A stretch of DNA of 45,824 nucleotides from Proteromonas lacertae (lineage: Eukaryota), in NCBI GenBank assembly GCA_002245135.1, contig NGBS01000639.1, forward strand, positions 1 to 45,824, written 5' to 3'. The notes beneath the pieces are model-generated. The model did not search any database. It was not told the DNA's origin and was given only the letters and a program-made list of their open reading frames with translations. The position numbers and the translations under genes are program-made. Numbering within the stretch: the first letter of the stretch is position 1; every line of letters starts with the position of its first letter. Positions 13,558 through 28,204 of the stretch are shown here, piece by piece.

Positions 13558-15152
13558 TTATTCAAGATCATCAGTATTGATAATTTCACCTCCAACTCCA
13601 AGAACAACAGTTTTTGGCTTACTTGACATTCCTTCAATATCACATCCTAAATCTCTCAAAGCTGCAAATGTATATGGTATTAAATCTGGATATTTTTCAT
13701 GTAAAGTTCTGATTGTTGATTCACAGTTGTTTATTAGTAATTGTGACCTATATTCAGGAGTTCTTGAAACTAAATTTCTTAATGCGATAGCAAGACTATA
13801 TAATATAACTATAAATTACTATACATGTTTAATAATTCTAGGATTATCCATATGAGTAGATAAAACACCAACAATTCTTGTTCCTAACGATGTTTCCATT
13901 ATTTCATGTACATGTTCAGGTTGTCTCAATGTCACTCCTGCAATAACTTGTAAAATACCACAAATTATATTGTTATTAGTTTTATAATGATCCAACAATC
14001 TCAATAATAAGTCTAAAAATAGTCTATTTTCACATGCCATTTTTTTATTCTCGTCACTTCTCACTAATCTAATCATACTATTTAAAGAGTTGTTTATTAC
14101 TACTTTATCTTCCATATGATTGTTCATTATATTAATTAGCAATGCAATTATACTTGTACCTCCTTGCTTATTGATATCTTTACAATATTCCTCTTTTGCA
14201 GCAATTACACCAATAGATTGACATAGAATAGGTAATAACTCCTCATTTTCAGATTTAGTCTATGTATAATACAAATATACTCAATATTTATTATACTTTT
14301 AATAAATTATAACAGGTTAAATGCAATTTATGATCATCACACATCCTAACAGAGTTTGCGAAGGCTTGAGTAGTTCCATCCGTTATATCATCATCTCTAC
14401 AGAATGTATTCATACAGTACAACACTTGAATAAGCACAGAATCATTATAAGATTCATATTGATTCAATAAAACAGAGAGTGTTTTTAAGAAGTTATTTTG
14501 ACAGAATTGCTTCTTATTCTTTTCACATTTGTAGCATAAACTATAAATTGCTCGTAAAAGTGATTCGATTATTTCATAATTTGTTTTATATTTTTCCATC
14601 ATTTGCATTAGGAGTTGAGAGAGTTCACTGAATTTTCCACCTTGCTTTTTAGTTTCCACTAATATAGTTAATATATATATATATATATATATACAGGATA
14701 TGCTAAGAACATTTGACAAACAATTCAACGAATCATTCAAACTATCAGAGTTCATTTCATTTAATGCTTTTACTACATCAATCATAGACTGTACACCTTC
14801 ATTGGTAGTAAGGATATTCTTTTCGTCTGATAATGCTGTTTGATTAATAACTTCAAAGGCATCTTTTAATGTATCTACCAAGTCTTTGTTAATCATGAAC
14901 TGGTGAAGAGTTTGAATTGCTTCTAATACAACATGTCTTGGTTTGTTATCTTCAGATCTTTCTGATGGCGCAGTTTTTATTATATTACTCAAATCAACAC
15001 CTATTTCAATACAAATAAAAGAGTATAGCAATACCCATTGTTTCGAATTGTTCTATTGCGTCTTTAACAGCTTCTTCAGGTGACATATCAAAATCTTCGA
15101 TGTTTTGATTCACACATTCATCAAAAGTTTCTTGAGTAATAACCTTACTCAT
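13558..15152 (-). CDS. ARMC6: Armadillo repeat-containing protein 6
   Basis: N-terminus [49 protein letters not shown] is the ARMC6 signature. ARM repeats follow, with C-terminal [11 protein letters not shown] at 13558-13560. Confidence 0.85.
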
Positions 15153-15337
15153 AGAGTTAAGTAAAAATTTTTAAAATTTCGGTTTGATATAGTCGAGTCG
15201 AGCTCAAGTTAGAAAGGGCTGGAATTCGTTATTCTAATAGAAAAAATATTCAATATAAATCTATTCTGCATTAAAAACATCACTTTAATATTTTATTGAT
15301 TATGTCTGTTTGCTAATATTTTTCAAAGTAAATAAAA

Positions 15338-16496
15338 ATGGCTAGTTGGCGTAGAAATGAAAGAGACTCTCTTGACAGAAGCTCGATGGCATGTTCCAGT
15401 ATATTAGCTAGTGAAGGTTCATGTTTATCTCCCAAAGCGAGACAAGTTAGTTATGCTCAAGCAATGAATGTACTAAAGTGTAAATGCTCTCCATCCAGAG
15501 AATACAGACAAATCTCAACAAGAGATACAAATATATCAATTCACACAAAAAATAATTCAAAATCTAAAGCTAGTAGTAGAACTGAATATCAATCATTAAT
15601 TAGTTCTAATAGTGTAAAGAATATACTGATTAATGTGGGATCTCAAAGAAACTATTTACGTAGAACTATTGTATAATTAATATATAATATAATATTAGGA
15701 TGAAAAAGTTCATAATCCAAACAATGCTGCAATTTTAATTCAATCTGTATTTCGTCGTTTTTATGTATTTCGTTGTTTCCAAAAGGAAGAGACTAACAGA
15801 ATTGTATATATAAACTATTAATTATTGTATATAAAATAGGAAGGAAAACACATTATAATTCGAGATTGTCTAGATAGGAAAGGGTGTTGGGGAGATTATA
15901 TACCCAGCAATAGTAGTTACTATATCCGATATTATAGTAAAGTAACAAAGGATATTATGCAATTAGTGAATATAATGAGAGATACATTTGTATTATTACT
16001 ATCTAATCTATTTTTATAGAGTTCTCCTCATATGATAGAAACTATTTTTTCAATATTTTTCACCTGCCTTCAAAATCCAAACCCAAATTGTGATTTTATA
16101 AATATGGAAGATGCTGCTTTATTATTAATAGATATAATCCAACTGCCTATCACAAGGAAAGAGTTAATAGGAGATGGTGGACTTTTGTGGCTATTACCTC
16201 ATACTGGAATTATTTATATGAATGATCTGTACAGATGGTATCTTTTATTTTGTCAAACACATAATGTTGAAAAGAAGAGTTGGCTTGATGGATTTAAGAA
16301 TTTTTTCGCTTCTCCTTTACCTGATAGATTTTTAAATGCGTTTATCAAATATAGAAGTAGTTTATTTGATTTGGTACTTAATTTAAAGAAATATGACTTG
16401 GTACATAAACCAAGATTTCGCTGTAGGTTCTGTGGATTGACAGCTACTAAACCATTAGAGCTGGCAAGACACATTGTGCAATATCACAAAGAATAA
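15338..16496 (+). CDS. Hypothetical protein with IQ-like motif and C-terminal C2H2 zinc finger
   Basis: ORFs 15338 and 16032 are linked by short GT-AG introns. The internal exon reads AAILIQSVFRRF (IQ-like); C-terminal CRFCGLTATKPLELARHIVQYH. Confidence 0.6.
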
Positions 16497-16631
16497 ATTA
16501 TAGGATTTGTGTAATTTCTAATCTTTTAACTCATTTGCATGTGTTTTTATGCTTGCTAGTTGCAAATAATCGTATTCCATTCAAAAAATTTAAAAAAGAT
16601 GTTTACTACTCTTAAAATCCTCATTCAGTTT

Positions 16632-18950
16632 TAATTTCCTACATATTTATATAAAAATTCATACAATTAACTTATTTAAACGACTTTCATCTTTGTTTAT
16701 CTTTCATTCATCTTTTAAATCAAGAAAATTCATTTCGATTTTGATAATGTCATTTACATGTATCATTTACATTTTCATTCTTTTCAAACTCATTTCATCA
16801 TTATTTCTATTCTAATTTAGTTTTTAGTATATTTATAAGTATATCTACATATTGATAGGTAATATAAGAAAAATAATGATTGTTTAGTAAATATCGCAAT
16901 TTGTTAGTAGATAAAATTATACAACAACTTAATTAAAATAGAGAATTTATAATTGAATGAAAATTCAGAATATAAGATGATAGAAATGAAATACAAAATA
17001 ATACATGAAAATACATAACAATACAGTATAAAAATTTGATAAAAAGAAATGAATGAAATGAGAGAGAATATGAAAAAAAATGAACCGAATTTGGAAGTAT
17101 CTACTATACTGTATTTGATTTATACATGTAGATAAGAAGAGAAGTGAAATTGCTGAAATGTAAGAGTGTTTATGAAGTAAAAATGTTAAATGAAATGAAA
17201 ATCATAAAAATATATGAATTGAAGAAGATTCCAAATAATAAATTGATGAAATATAAAGAGAATATGTTAATGATCGAAAATTTAAGTGATAAATATATGA
17301 AAAGTGAAATGAAAATGAGTGATGATAATAACTATGTAATGATTAATCGAGATAAATATGATATTGATTTAAAATATCTAATATACAATAGTGAGAATGA
17401 AATATCCGTGAATGATGTGATATTATCAATATGTGAAACAATGAATATATTAAATGAGAATGAAATATATAATATGAATTTGAAAAGTTCCAATATAATA
17501 AATAAAAATGGTTTAATGAAAATGTGTGATATTAGTTTAAATGAATTGAGAAATGAAGATGAAATGAGAATAGAAATGAGTAATATAGAATATATAAGTT
17601 ATGAAGAGTTGAATGGATTAGAATATGATGATAAAAGTGTGATTTGGTCAATTTGTTGTATATTATATGAAATAATTTGTAAGAAATTACCATTCAATGA
17701 AGATGATAATGTGAATAAAACAATGAAGAACATAATAGAATGTAAATGGAAAGTAAAAATCTGTATAAATCCATTCTATTACAATATTCTATCCCAAATC
17801 TTCGTAAAAGAAAAATCAACTCGAATGAGTATAAAAGAATTGTATAAAGAAATGATCAAGATGAGTGAAATGTGGAGAGATGAAGAAAATGATGTAATGA
17901 TGTGTAAAGAACGAAAAGAAATGTTATTGAATATTGATTATTTACTAGAAATAACACCATTTAATCTTCAATCAGAATATTATCTTCAATATAATAGATA
18001 TGAAAGTATAAATAATATATTAAGGATAATCTTGATTATATTTAAATAGAAGTTAGAGATTGTTTAATAGATTCTTACAACAATAAACCTAGTGATAGAA
18101 TATTATCAATATTATTGATGATGGAATTATACAAAGAAGATGAATCAATAAAAGACAGATTGAAATTTCAAATTTATCACAAATGTAAAGAAAAAGAAAA
18201 AGAATATTATTTAGATGAAGAGATGTTTAATATTAATACTGGCGGTTGGAATAAATCGAAGATTTATATACATTCATGTATGATGAATTTATGTGAAGAA
18301 TGTATGGATTTTTTATTCAGAATATTGAAGATAATCAATCCAACACTGTTGCAATTTTGTATAATCATAATCATTACAAATTATATAGACTATTATAAGC
18401 CAACCATAAATCAATCATTATTTGCGTCTTTATTCTCTCAATTATCAAATCTACAAGAATTGGATTTATCTGAATGTAATATTTCTTTTGATTTTGTTAA
18501 ATCATTTGTTAAATCAATTTCATATATGAAATTGAAATATGTAAATCTTCAATGTATCAATTTGTTTTATTATTGTTTGAAATAGCTAATCCAATTGGTC
18601 CAAAAGGCTTCAAATTATTGCTTCCATATTTACATTTATTAATAGACAAAGATAATGAGTTGAATCTTTATGAAATGGATTTAGATGATGAATCAATGAT
18701 ACTATTATCAGAAGAATTATATAAATATCCAAATCTTCAGAAAATAGATATTAGATTAAACTGGAATATCTATTCAAAAGGATTAAAAGCCTTATTATTC
18801 TCTAAATTTCCTTTATCAAAAGTGAATTTTGATATTAATAAAAGGAAATATATATTAATAGATAAAAAAATTCCCAAATTAATTATATACATACAAGACA
18901 ATGATAGACTAAATTTAAGTGATTTAAGGATTGATGATGATTTTTTCAAA
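16632..18950 (+). repeat. Direct segmental duplication with ~25874-28185; upstream ~550 bp also has a diverged copy at ~6090-6660
   Basis: Line-by-line near identity at an offset of ~9240 through the upstream non-coding region and kinase exon, decaying across the LRR exons. Confidence 0.9.
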
Positions 18951-19402
18951 ACCTTTATTTCATTAAGATTAAATGAATTTAATGAAATAAGATATCTAGA
19001 TTTGAGTAGTATAATATGATATTTTTCTATTGTTTAGATAATAAACTTACACATAAAAGTGTTGAATTACTGATTAAAAATTTATCTTCATTTAAAAAAC
19101 TTAAACATCTTGAATTATATGGAAATGAAATAGGTGATGAAGGCATGAAAATATTATCACCATATTTACATTTATTAAATTATTGTAGAATAAATTGCTC
19201 AAGTATAATTGTTGTTATATAATATGTGATAGATATGGGATTATCTTCAGTTGGATTAAAGTATTTGTTAGATGGATTAAAGACAATAAATGATGAGATT
19301 GAAATTGATATAAGCAATAATAATATTGATCCTGTCATTAAAATGGTGAATGAAGAAAATAAAAGCGTCATCAAATGGAATAATATTGTTTATTTATCAT
19401 AA
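17049..19402 (+). CDS. Pseudokinase + leucine-rich repeat (RI/NLR-type LRR) protein, copy 1 (full length)
   Basis: Kinase fold with YNMNLKSSN (for HRDLKxxN), CDIS (for DFG), YISYE and SVIWSICCILYE. LRRs: LQELDLSECNI, NPIGPKGFKLL, LKHLELYGNEIGDEGMKIL. Several short introns; TAA 19400-19402. Confidence 0.8.
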
Positions 19403-19470
19403 TAGATAGTTTTTATATTCAAAATATAATAAACTCACACATTCTATCTATTATATACATTATTAATTAT

Positions 19471-22034
19471 TTATTTGTTTATTATTATTGGTGGAGGTCG
19501 ACATTTGATTGGAGTTATTAAATTATTTATCTCACCTTTATTATTATTATTATCAATTACATCATCTTCTTTCATTTCACTTTTTTCTTCTTTTACTTTA
19601 CACAAAATTGGACTTTTTAATATATCAATTTATTATATCAATTTATTAGATTCATTATTACTATTACTATTACTATTAGTATTATTACTATTTCCATTTT
19701 CATTCATATTTCCATTTGTACTTATTTTACTTAATCTTTTACTTCCACTCATCATACTTCTACGACTGCTACTGCAACTACTACTTATTCGACGACTTCG
19801 ACCACTTATACTTCCATTCACTGGCTCTAATTTACGTTTTAATAGTCGAACTGTTAACTCATATCGTTTCAATTTTGCATCATAACTCAAATTTTCACTT
19901 ATATCTTTATCTTCCTCATCTAACATACTACTATATCTATTCATAAATTTATCTTTATCTTCATCTTCTTTCTTTATTATACTTTCATGAATATGATATT
20001 TTCGACATAAACTTTCACCATATCTTTCTGTATGATAACATGTTGTTAAATTTGCTTCGATTGATAAATTCATTTGACATAAATTTATTCCACCATATTT
20101 AATTCGACATAAGTTACATACATTCACTGAAGGACATTTACTTTTTCCACATTTATCTTCTATTGAAGGAGATAATACTGGAGGAGGTTCACAATAATCA
20201 TTTGGAATTATTTCTGTTGAAGGATAATAATCTTCTTCATCTACTTGACTTATTGTTGAATCATCTCGATCTTCTTCATTACTTCGTTCATTTGATAAAT
20301 CACTATGCATTAAAAATGTTGAAAATGATTTTAAATATTTCTTTTCTCGTTTATCTCGATGGTCTTGAACATTATGATAGAATTCTTTATCTTTTTCCCA
20401 ATCTACTTCACAAGTTCGATTTCGTAATTCATTTACAAATTCATCTCCTCGAGGAACATCAATTCCTTCATATCGAGGAGCTTTACTTCCACTTCGATTG
20501 ATTTTTGACTCTGCAATTTGCTGTCTAGCTCTATACATCATATTCTCCATCACTGCAAATTGATTCACTTTCTTGATTTTCTTTACTGGTTTCTTTACTA
20601 AATGAATTCTAAATATACCTCGACGATCAACTCGACTTCCTTCTTTACCTTCTCTCATTTGATCTAATTGCTTTAATATTAATCGATGTGTATCACTCAT
20701 CGCAGGAGCCATATAAACACCTTCATGTTCAAAGAATACATGAGCTAAATTATGAACTGGTTTACCTTCTAATAACTGACACTGAATATTATCAGGATGA
20801 CTTATTCTCCATACTGTCAGTGGAGCTATTAATTGAGTTTTAGATATGTGATAATCAATATCTCGGATTATATCAGCATCTACTTCTGGTACATATGCAC
20901 GAACTATTATTACAATTATTATATATATTTATATATATACTTGGTTTTGGTATTCCAACTAATTCAGCTGTATTGTTATTACTACTACTTTCTATCTTTA
21001 CTTCTTTATTCTCTTCACCACGATGGATTACTGTTTCTATCACTGGTGGTTCATATATTTGAACACCAATCACACTACCTGCTTTCCAATCAGGTGTACC
21101 AGGACCACTAGTTACTTTTAACCATACTTTATCACCCCATTTTACTGCTGCATCAGAAAATGGATTTCCTAATTGAATAATCTATTTAAATAATATATAT
21201 TCTATCAATAGATACTTCAAAGTTAAATATTGCTCTAGGATCAACCATTGGTTTATGTACTGATCTTATCCACTCTCTACATCGAAATTGACTATTTCTT
21301 TCACTTATACATAACCAATCCATATCTCTAACCTCAATTGCTATTGAATTACCATAATATAAGATTTCAGCTATATATTAATATTATAATAATTATATTT
21401 ATAAATATACATGGATCATCTAACATATCATCTTGACATAAGCAATGCTCATGACTAATTTTATTCAATAACGTTGATCCCATTCCATTATTGATTAACA
21501 CTCTTTCTGTTTCATCAGGAAGAACTGTCGTATCAATTTTAGCTATTCTATCAAGTTTATCTATTATTGTAGCTTGTTGAGTTTGACTATTTCATTATAA
21601 CAACTTAAAAACTATACAATCTTCCTAAATGCTTTCCACAAGATGAAGCTGATTTTCTACTTGCTATTGAATCTCTTTTTATTTTCGGTAAACTACGACT
21701 GTGAATCTAAAAGACATATTATTATAAATATCAAAAATAATACTGTCCGAGATGGACTTCCAAGCATTGTTTGAACGTTGATAGTACTTTTAATCTCTTG
21801 GTCTCCATACAACACATTTGAGAGATGTCCTCCAGTTGTCATAGATTTTATTTCTCCGTTTGATGTATCTCTAATAATTAAGCAATAAAATTATATGAAA
21901 TACATTGAATTCCATATTCTCACTTTTCTACCAAATGAGTTAGGATGTCTTCCTTTAGCTATAGCACGATGATATCTTACCAATTTTTTTCTTTGATCTT
22001 CATTATCATCAGATAAAAACTTTTGTTGATGCAT
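19471..22034 (-). CDS. Multi-exon hypothetical protein; 3' end uncertain (19633 or 19471)
   Basis: ATG 22034 MHQQKFLSDD..., coding-like exons separated by short introns (e.g. GDKVWLKVTSGPGTPDWKAGSVIG), and large exon 19633-20712. No family recognised. Confidence 0.55.
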
Positions 22035-22121
22035 AACTGTAACGTTAAAAAACAAAACCAGGTAAATTACATCAAATTGACATTCTTACATTCTCTTTTT
22101 CATTTTTGATTTTTCTCATTA

Positions 22122-22394
22122 ATGATAATTCCTGTAAGATGTTTTACATGTGGTAAAGTATAAGATGCTTTTACTTATTCATTTTATAGGTAATTGGTAA
22201 TAAATGGGATGATTATTTACAGATTTTAGCTTCAGGTGATATGACTGAAAGGTATAATTACGAGAATCTATATGATTTTACATAGTGCTGCTCTTGATAA
22301 ATTAGGGTTAAGAAGATATTGTTGTCGTAGAATGATTTTAGGACATGTAGATTTAATCGAGAAACTGTTGAACTATTCAATTAAGAGAGCATAA
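22122..22394 (+). CDS. RPB10: RNA polymerases I/II/III subunit RPABC5 (Rpb10), not in ORF track
   Basis: [12 protein letters not shown]/intron 22158-22189/[21 protein letters not shown]/intron 22252-22285/[35 protein letters not shown]. Confidence 0.97.
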
Positions 22395-22531
22395 TAATTT
22401 TATTTTCCGTTGTTATTTAGCCATGTGTTTTTACTGTAGTAATTTTCAAGAAGTTTCACTTTATCAACCCCCAAAAACTCAATCTATATACTTTTAAAAT
22501 AATAATAATATTGTTAATTTCAATAATAAAT

Positions 22532-25485
22532 TCATATTTTTACTTTATGAGTAAGATTTTGTCTAAATGTGACTTGTTTCATAATATTATTCACAATATC
22601 TATATTTCCTCTTACTACAGCACTTATAACATCAGAACAATCACAGTCAGAAAATATATAACTCATTTCAACATCTTTCTTTTCTGATTTTGTAAAACTG
22701 TTACACTTCTCAACTATCAGCTTTAAAATTTCTTGATAATTAACTAATAAGTGATGTAATGATGTAACATATTGTTGAGGAATATTCTTCTTTGTTCCTG
22801 GTTTTGATAGAGTTATAAATATTTCACTTGTTATAAAACTAATAACAGAAATGAAGAATTGCATTTGTTTTACCTTCTCTATATCTAATATAACATTTTC
22901 TTCATTCAATAACTCGTTTATTATCACTTTAAATTCATCAAAACTTTTGTTTAACTCATTAATAACATTCTCTACATTCTTATAATCCTTATTCAATACC
23001 GAAACAATCAAATCCATCAATTTCATAACTATAGCAATATTCACTTCATATTTATTACATTTCTCTCTATTTTCTTCATTGAATATATCATCCAATTGAA
23101 TTTTTATCTTTTTCAACTCATCTGCTGAACTTTCTATAATATAATGAAGTAATTTTGGAAATAAAATGTAAAATCTTTGAATAGGTAATTGCTCAACATA
23201 GTAAACATCATTAGTGTGATTTGTTTTAGTGTATATTTTATCCCATTGAATTAATGGATTATAATTGTTATGATTTTCATAAGAAGGTATTTCTGATTGG
23301 TTGAATAAATAATTATACTTCAAATCACCAATTAAACAGCTTTTAATTGCTGCATTAATATCATTTACTGAGGATGATCTCATATATAAAAATGACAAAA
23401 TATAATAATTATAACTCTTAACAAATGATATAGAATGAGTTAAACTGTTTTGAAACTCTAAGAATTCTGGTATTCTTGAATAAGTCCTGTTATCCATTGC
23501 TGTTAATATTGATTCAGTTATTTCTTTATCACTATATATATAGGAATTAATATAATTTATACGATTTTATATAGAATCTAACCATACTTTCAGACAGGTC
23601 TTCTAAATTGGAATAATTCATATGATATAAGTAATTATCTAATTCAATATAGTTCAATGTATCATATTGAATATTAGATATTCTCATCATTTCTATAACA
23701 AAATATAAAACATATATATATATATACTATAGTTAGATTGAGAATTAACTATGTTACCAATCTCATTATCAATTGATACACTTATAAATCTCAATTGATT
23801 ATCACCTTTATAATTCTTTAAACCTATGTTACATAACATACTACAATTGATTAAATAACAATATTTCTTGTCTTTTAATATTAATGATTTCTCTCTTAAT
23901 ACGAATATGATATATAACAATAAATTATTTATATATTGTTCATTAGCTACAGTATTGGCTAATTTAGTATTACTATCAATATATATATTGTATAAATGTT
24001 TTAAAAACATTTCTTCCTCATTTTCATCTTCTTTATTGAATGAATAACCACAGTATCTGATTATTTGAAGTAATAAGATAATATAACATATATTATTGAA
24101 CAAATCTTTACCTTTTACAATAACATCACCACCACCATTATTATTATTATAGTTTTTAACTATTTCTACATATTTTCCAAGTGTTTCCATTATAATATCT
24201 TCACTCAAATGTATCTTATTATCTTCATTCATATCGTTCATTATTAATAATGATAAATATGGTTTGATATCATGAAAACATCCACAATAGTGCTTATATT
24301 TTTCAATATGACTATTCAAACAGTCTAAATATACTTTTATATATTTACTATCATCAGTATGAAGGTATAATGTATAATAGAAATAAACAAACATCAAACT
24401 ACCATACCTGTTTTTATTGTCTCTCTTTTCAACGATTGTCTTTATTTCATTGATTTTTTCTTTCATTCTTTCAACACTTTCTAATTAATAATATAAATAT
24501 ATTATTATAATATATATATATACCATCGCTAATCTTATTATTGATTATAATAATATCAATATATTGTTTATATATATTCCAATCAATATCAATACAATTC
24601 TTTAATAACTTTTCATAGGTACTTTCACTATCGTGATATTTGTTACTCTTCAACTGATATTCGCCTAATAACTCATTGTAATATTGATAATTAAATGGAC
24701 GACTAATATTTTTCCACTATAAAACAATATAAATAAATATATATATACAAATGGTGGTTCTTTTTCTACAGATTTTTTGTCTTTTTCTTCATCTTCTCTT
24801 TCTTCTTCTTCTTTTACTGGATGTAATTTTAATAAATTAATTGACTCTTCATATTGTTTCTTCTTTTCATATAAAATACATATAAATCTCAACAATTCAC
24901 TATCACATTTATCATTTAATGTCTTTATTAATGTTTTCTCACATAAATCATACATTAAAATTGATCCTTTCATTGCTTGAAAATACATTGATATACCACA
25001 CCATTCAAGATACTTTATATCATTTGTAAGTTTATTTAACAATATGCAATGACTTTGGAGTTTTCGATAATCTTTCATAAATAAAAACACATCACAAAAT
25101 TGTATTTGAATATTTACTAGACTATCACTATTCACAATAGAATTCAATGCTTCTAGTTCTAGCTCATAATGGTTTTTGTTACGCAGTATTGGCTTTATAA
25201 TGCTGTAAATATATTCATCAACTGATTTATTATACTATTACATTACATATACATACTAGAATATACAATTAGTTGTTGCACTAACTTTAATGCATCTTCT
25301 CTTTCACCATTACGAAATAATGCATAAGTTTTCAACGCCTAGATTTAAATATACTATCATAATACCTTTACTGTTTCATCTCGACATACTTCTTTACGAC
25401 TACACTGTTTTATTGCTAAACTGAATTTACCATCGTCAATTGATTCATATATCGATTTCAATATTTCTGCACTTTTGTTACTCAT
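22532..25485 (-). CDS. NAA25: NatB N-terminal acetyltransferase auxiliary subunit (NAA25/MDM20)
   Basis: N-terminal IYESIDDGKFSLAIKQC...ALKTYALFRNG (TPR-like), NIQYDTLNY, and AMDNRTYSRIPEFLEFQNSLTHS are typical of the NatB_MDM20 family. Multiple short introns. Confidence 0.8.
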
Positions 25486-25662
25486 GAGATTTTAGTGAAA
25501 ATTCAAAATTCTAATCTTCAAACAGGTTTGATTAAAGAAAAAAGAACATAAAAGAACTGATTGTTAATACCAAATAAGATTTGTTGTACAATTTAAATAT
25601 TCAATAAGCAAGTTCATTTAAACAATAAATTTTACAAATTATAATTTTCACTGATCTTACAA

Positions 25663-25743
25663 TTATACATTCATATCTCCTCTCAATTTCATTCCATCAG
25701 GTAAAACTTTTCTACTTCCACCAAATAACAAACAACAAATCAC
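25663..25743 (-). pseudogene. Isolated ~80-bp fragment of an MCM5 gene
   Basis: Minus-strand translation VICCLLFGGSRKVLPDGMKLRGDMNV* matches the MCM5 pre-Walker-A motif (CLLFGGSRKxLPDGxxxRGDINV). Flanks are not MCM-like. Confidence 0.75.
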
Positions 25744-26288
25744 TCATTACACATAATTCACATAAAATGAATTCATTTATAACATCAACAAAAACAAATA
25801 GAACTATTAAACAGAATTTAATATATCATTCATTCTACAATCAAAATTATGAACTACAACAGGTCTTTAATTCTAATTTCCTACATATTTATATAAAAAT
25901 TCATACAATTAACTTATTTAAACTACTTTCATCTTTGTTTATCTTTCATTCATCTTTTAAATCAAGAAAATTCATTTCGATTTTGATAATGTCATTTACA
26001 TGTATCATTTACATTTTCATTCTTTTCAAACTCATTTCATCATTATTTCTATTCTAATTTAGTTTTTAGTATATTTATAAGTATATCTACATATTGATAG
26101 GTAATATAAGAAAAATAATGATTGTTTAGTAAATATCGCAATTTGTTAGTAGATAAAATTATACAACAACTTAATTAAAATAGAGAATTTATAATTGAAT
26201 GAAAATTCAGAATATAAGATGATAGAAATGAAATACAAAATAATACATGAAAATACATAACAATACAGTATCAAAATTTGAAAAAGAA

Positions 26289-28204
26289 ATGAATGAAATG
26301 AGAGAGAATATGAAAAAAAATGAACCGAATTTGGAAGTATCTACTATACTGTATTTGATTTATACATGTAGATAAGAAGAGAAGTGAAATTGCTGAAATG
26401 TAAGAGTGTTTATGAAGTGAAAGTGTTAAATGAAATGAAAATCATAAAAATATATGAATTGAAGAAGATTTCAAATAATAAATTGATGAAATATAAAGAG
26501 AATATGTTAATGATCGAAAATTTAAGTGATAAATATATGAAAAGTGAAATGAAAATGAGTGATGATAATAATTATGTAATGATTAATCGAAATAGATATG
26601 ATATTGATTTAAAATATCTGATATACAATAGTGAGAATGAAATATCCGTGAATGATGTGATATTATCAATATGTGAAACAATGAATATATTAAATGAGAA
26701 TGAAATATATAATATGAATTTGAAAAGTTCCAATATAATAAATAAAAATGGTTTAATGAAAATGTGTGATATTAGTTTAAATGAATTGAGAAATGAAGAT
26801 GAAAATATGATAGAAATGAGTAATATAGAATATATAAGTTATGAAGAGTTGAATGGATTAGAATATGATGAAGGAAGTGTGATTTGGTCAATTGGATGTA
26901 TATTATATGAAATGATTTGTAAGAAATTACCATTCAATGAAGATGATAATGTGAATAAAACAATGAAGAACATAATAGAATGTAAATGGAAAGTAAAAAT
27001 CTGTATAAATCCATTCTATTACAATATTCTATCCCAAATCTTCGTAAAAGAAAAATCAACTCGAATGAGTATAAAAGAATTGTATAAAGAAATGATTAAG
27101 ATGAATAAAAAGCTGAGAGATGAAGAAAATGATGTAATGATGTGTAAAGAACAAAAAGAAATGTTATTGAATATTGATTATTTACTAGAAATAACACCAT
27201 TTAATCTTCAATCAGAATATTATCTTCAATATAATAGATATGAAAGTATAAATAATATATTAAGGATAATCTTGATTATATTTAAATAGAAGTTAGAGAT
27301 TGTTTAATAGATTCTTACAACAATAAACCTAGTGATAGAATATTATCAATATTATTGATGATGAAATTATACAAAGATGATGAATCAATAAAAGACAGAT
27401 TGAAATTTCAAATTTGTCACAAATGCAAATATAGAATGTTTCGACGTTATTTAGATGAAATGATGTTTAATTTCAAAATTGAAAAAAATGAGGAAAGAAT
27501 TGTTGTTAATTCAAAATGTATATGTGTATGTGAAGAAGGAATTAATTATATATTCAGAATATTGAAGATAATCAATCCAACAAAACTTGATATTAGTATA
27601 ATATTTATATTTATTATTATATTTTTACATAGATTTTTATTGTCGAATCCAACATCAATCATTAATAGCATCATATTTATCTAATTTATCAAATCTACAA
27701 GAATTGGATTTATCTGATTGTAATATTTCTTTTGATTTTATTGAATCATTTGTTAAATCAATTCCATTGATGAAGCTGAAATATGTAGATCTTCAATGTA
27801 TTTATTGTTTATTTCTACATTTTATTGATATAGCTAATCCAATTGGGACAAAAGGATTCAAATTATTACTTCCATATTTGCATTTATTAATCAACAAAGA
27901 CAATATATTGTATCTTTGTAAAATGCGTTTAAATAATTCTTCAATTCTGTTGTTATTATCAGATTTATATAAATATCCAGATCTTGAAATAATAGATATA
28001 AAAGAAAATGATAATATAGATTTAAAATCATTACAAGCATTATTCTCTAAATTTCCAATTTCAAAAATAGAATTTGATTTGAATAAAAAAAGTGAACTAC
28101 TTATTGATAAAAACATAACAGAATTAATGAAACACGCAAGTTGTTTAATTATGAATAATAGTGAAATGGATGATGATTTTTTAAATTATTATTCAGTGCA
28201 TTGA
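26289..28204 (+). CDS. Pseudokinase + LRR protein, copy 2 (3'-truncated, possibly pseudogene)
   Basis: Kinase exon nearly identical to 17144-18049 and LRRs diverged. Homology stops at about 28185, where copy 1 continues for ~450 more bp. Confidence 0.75.

Noticed and set aside
19475..21111. Plus-strand Leu/Tyr-rich ORFs (19475, 19716, 20163, 20833) resembling membrane proteins
   Set aside because: Antisense shadows of a low-complexity minus-strand gene; the same applies to 2626, 2886, 12208, 13047, 13577, 16253, 27802, 39122 and 42328.
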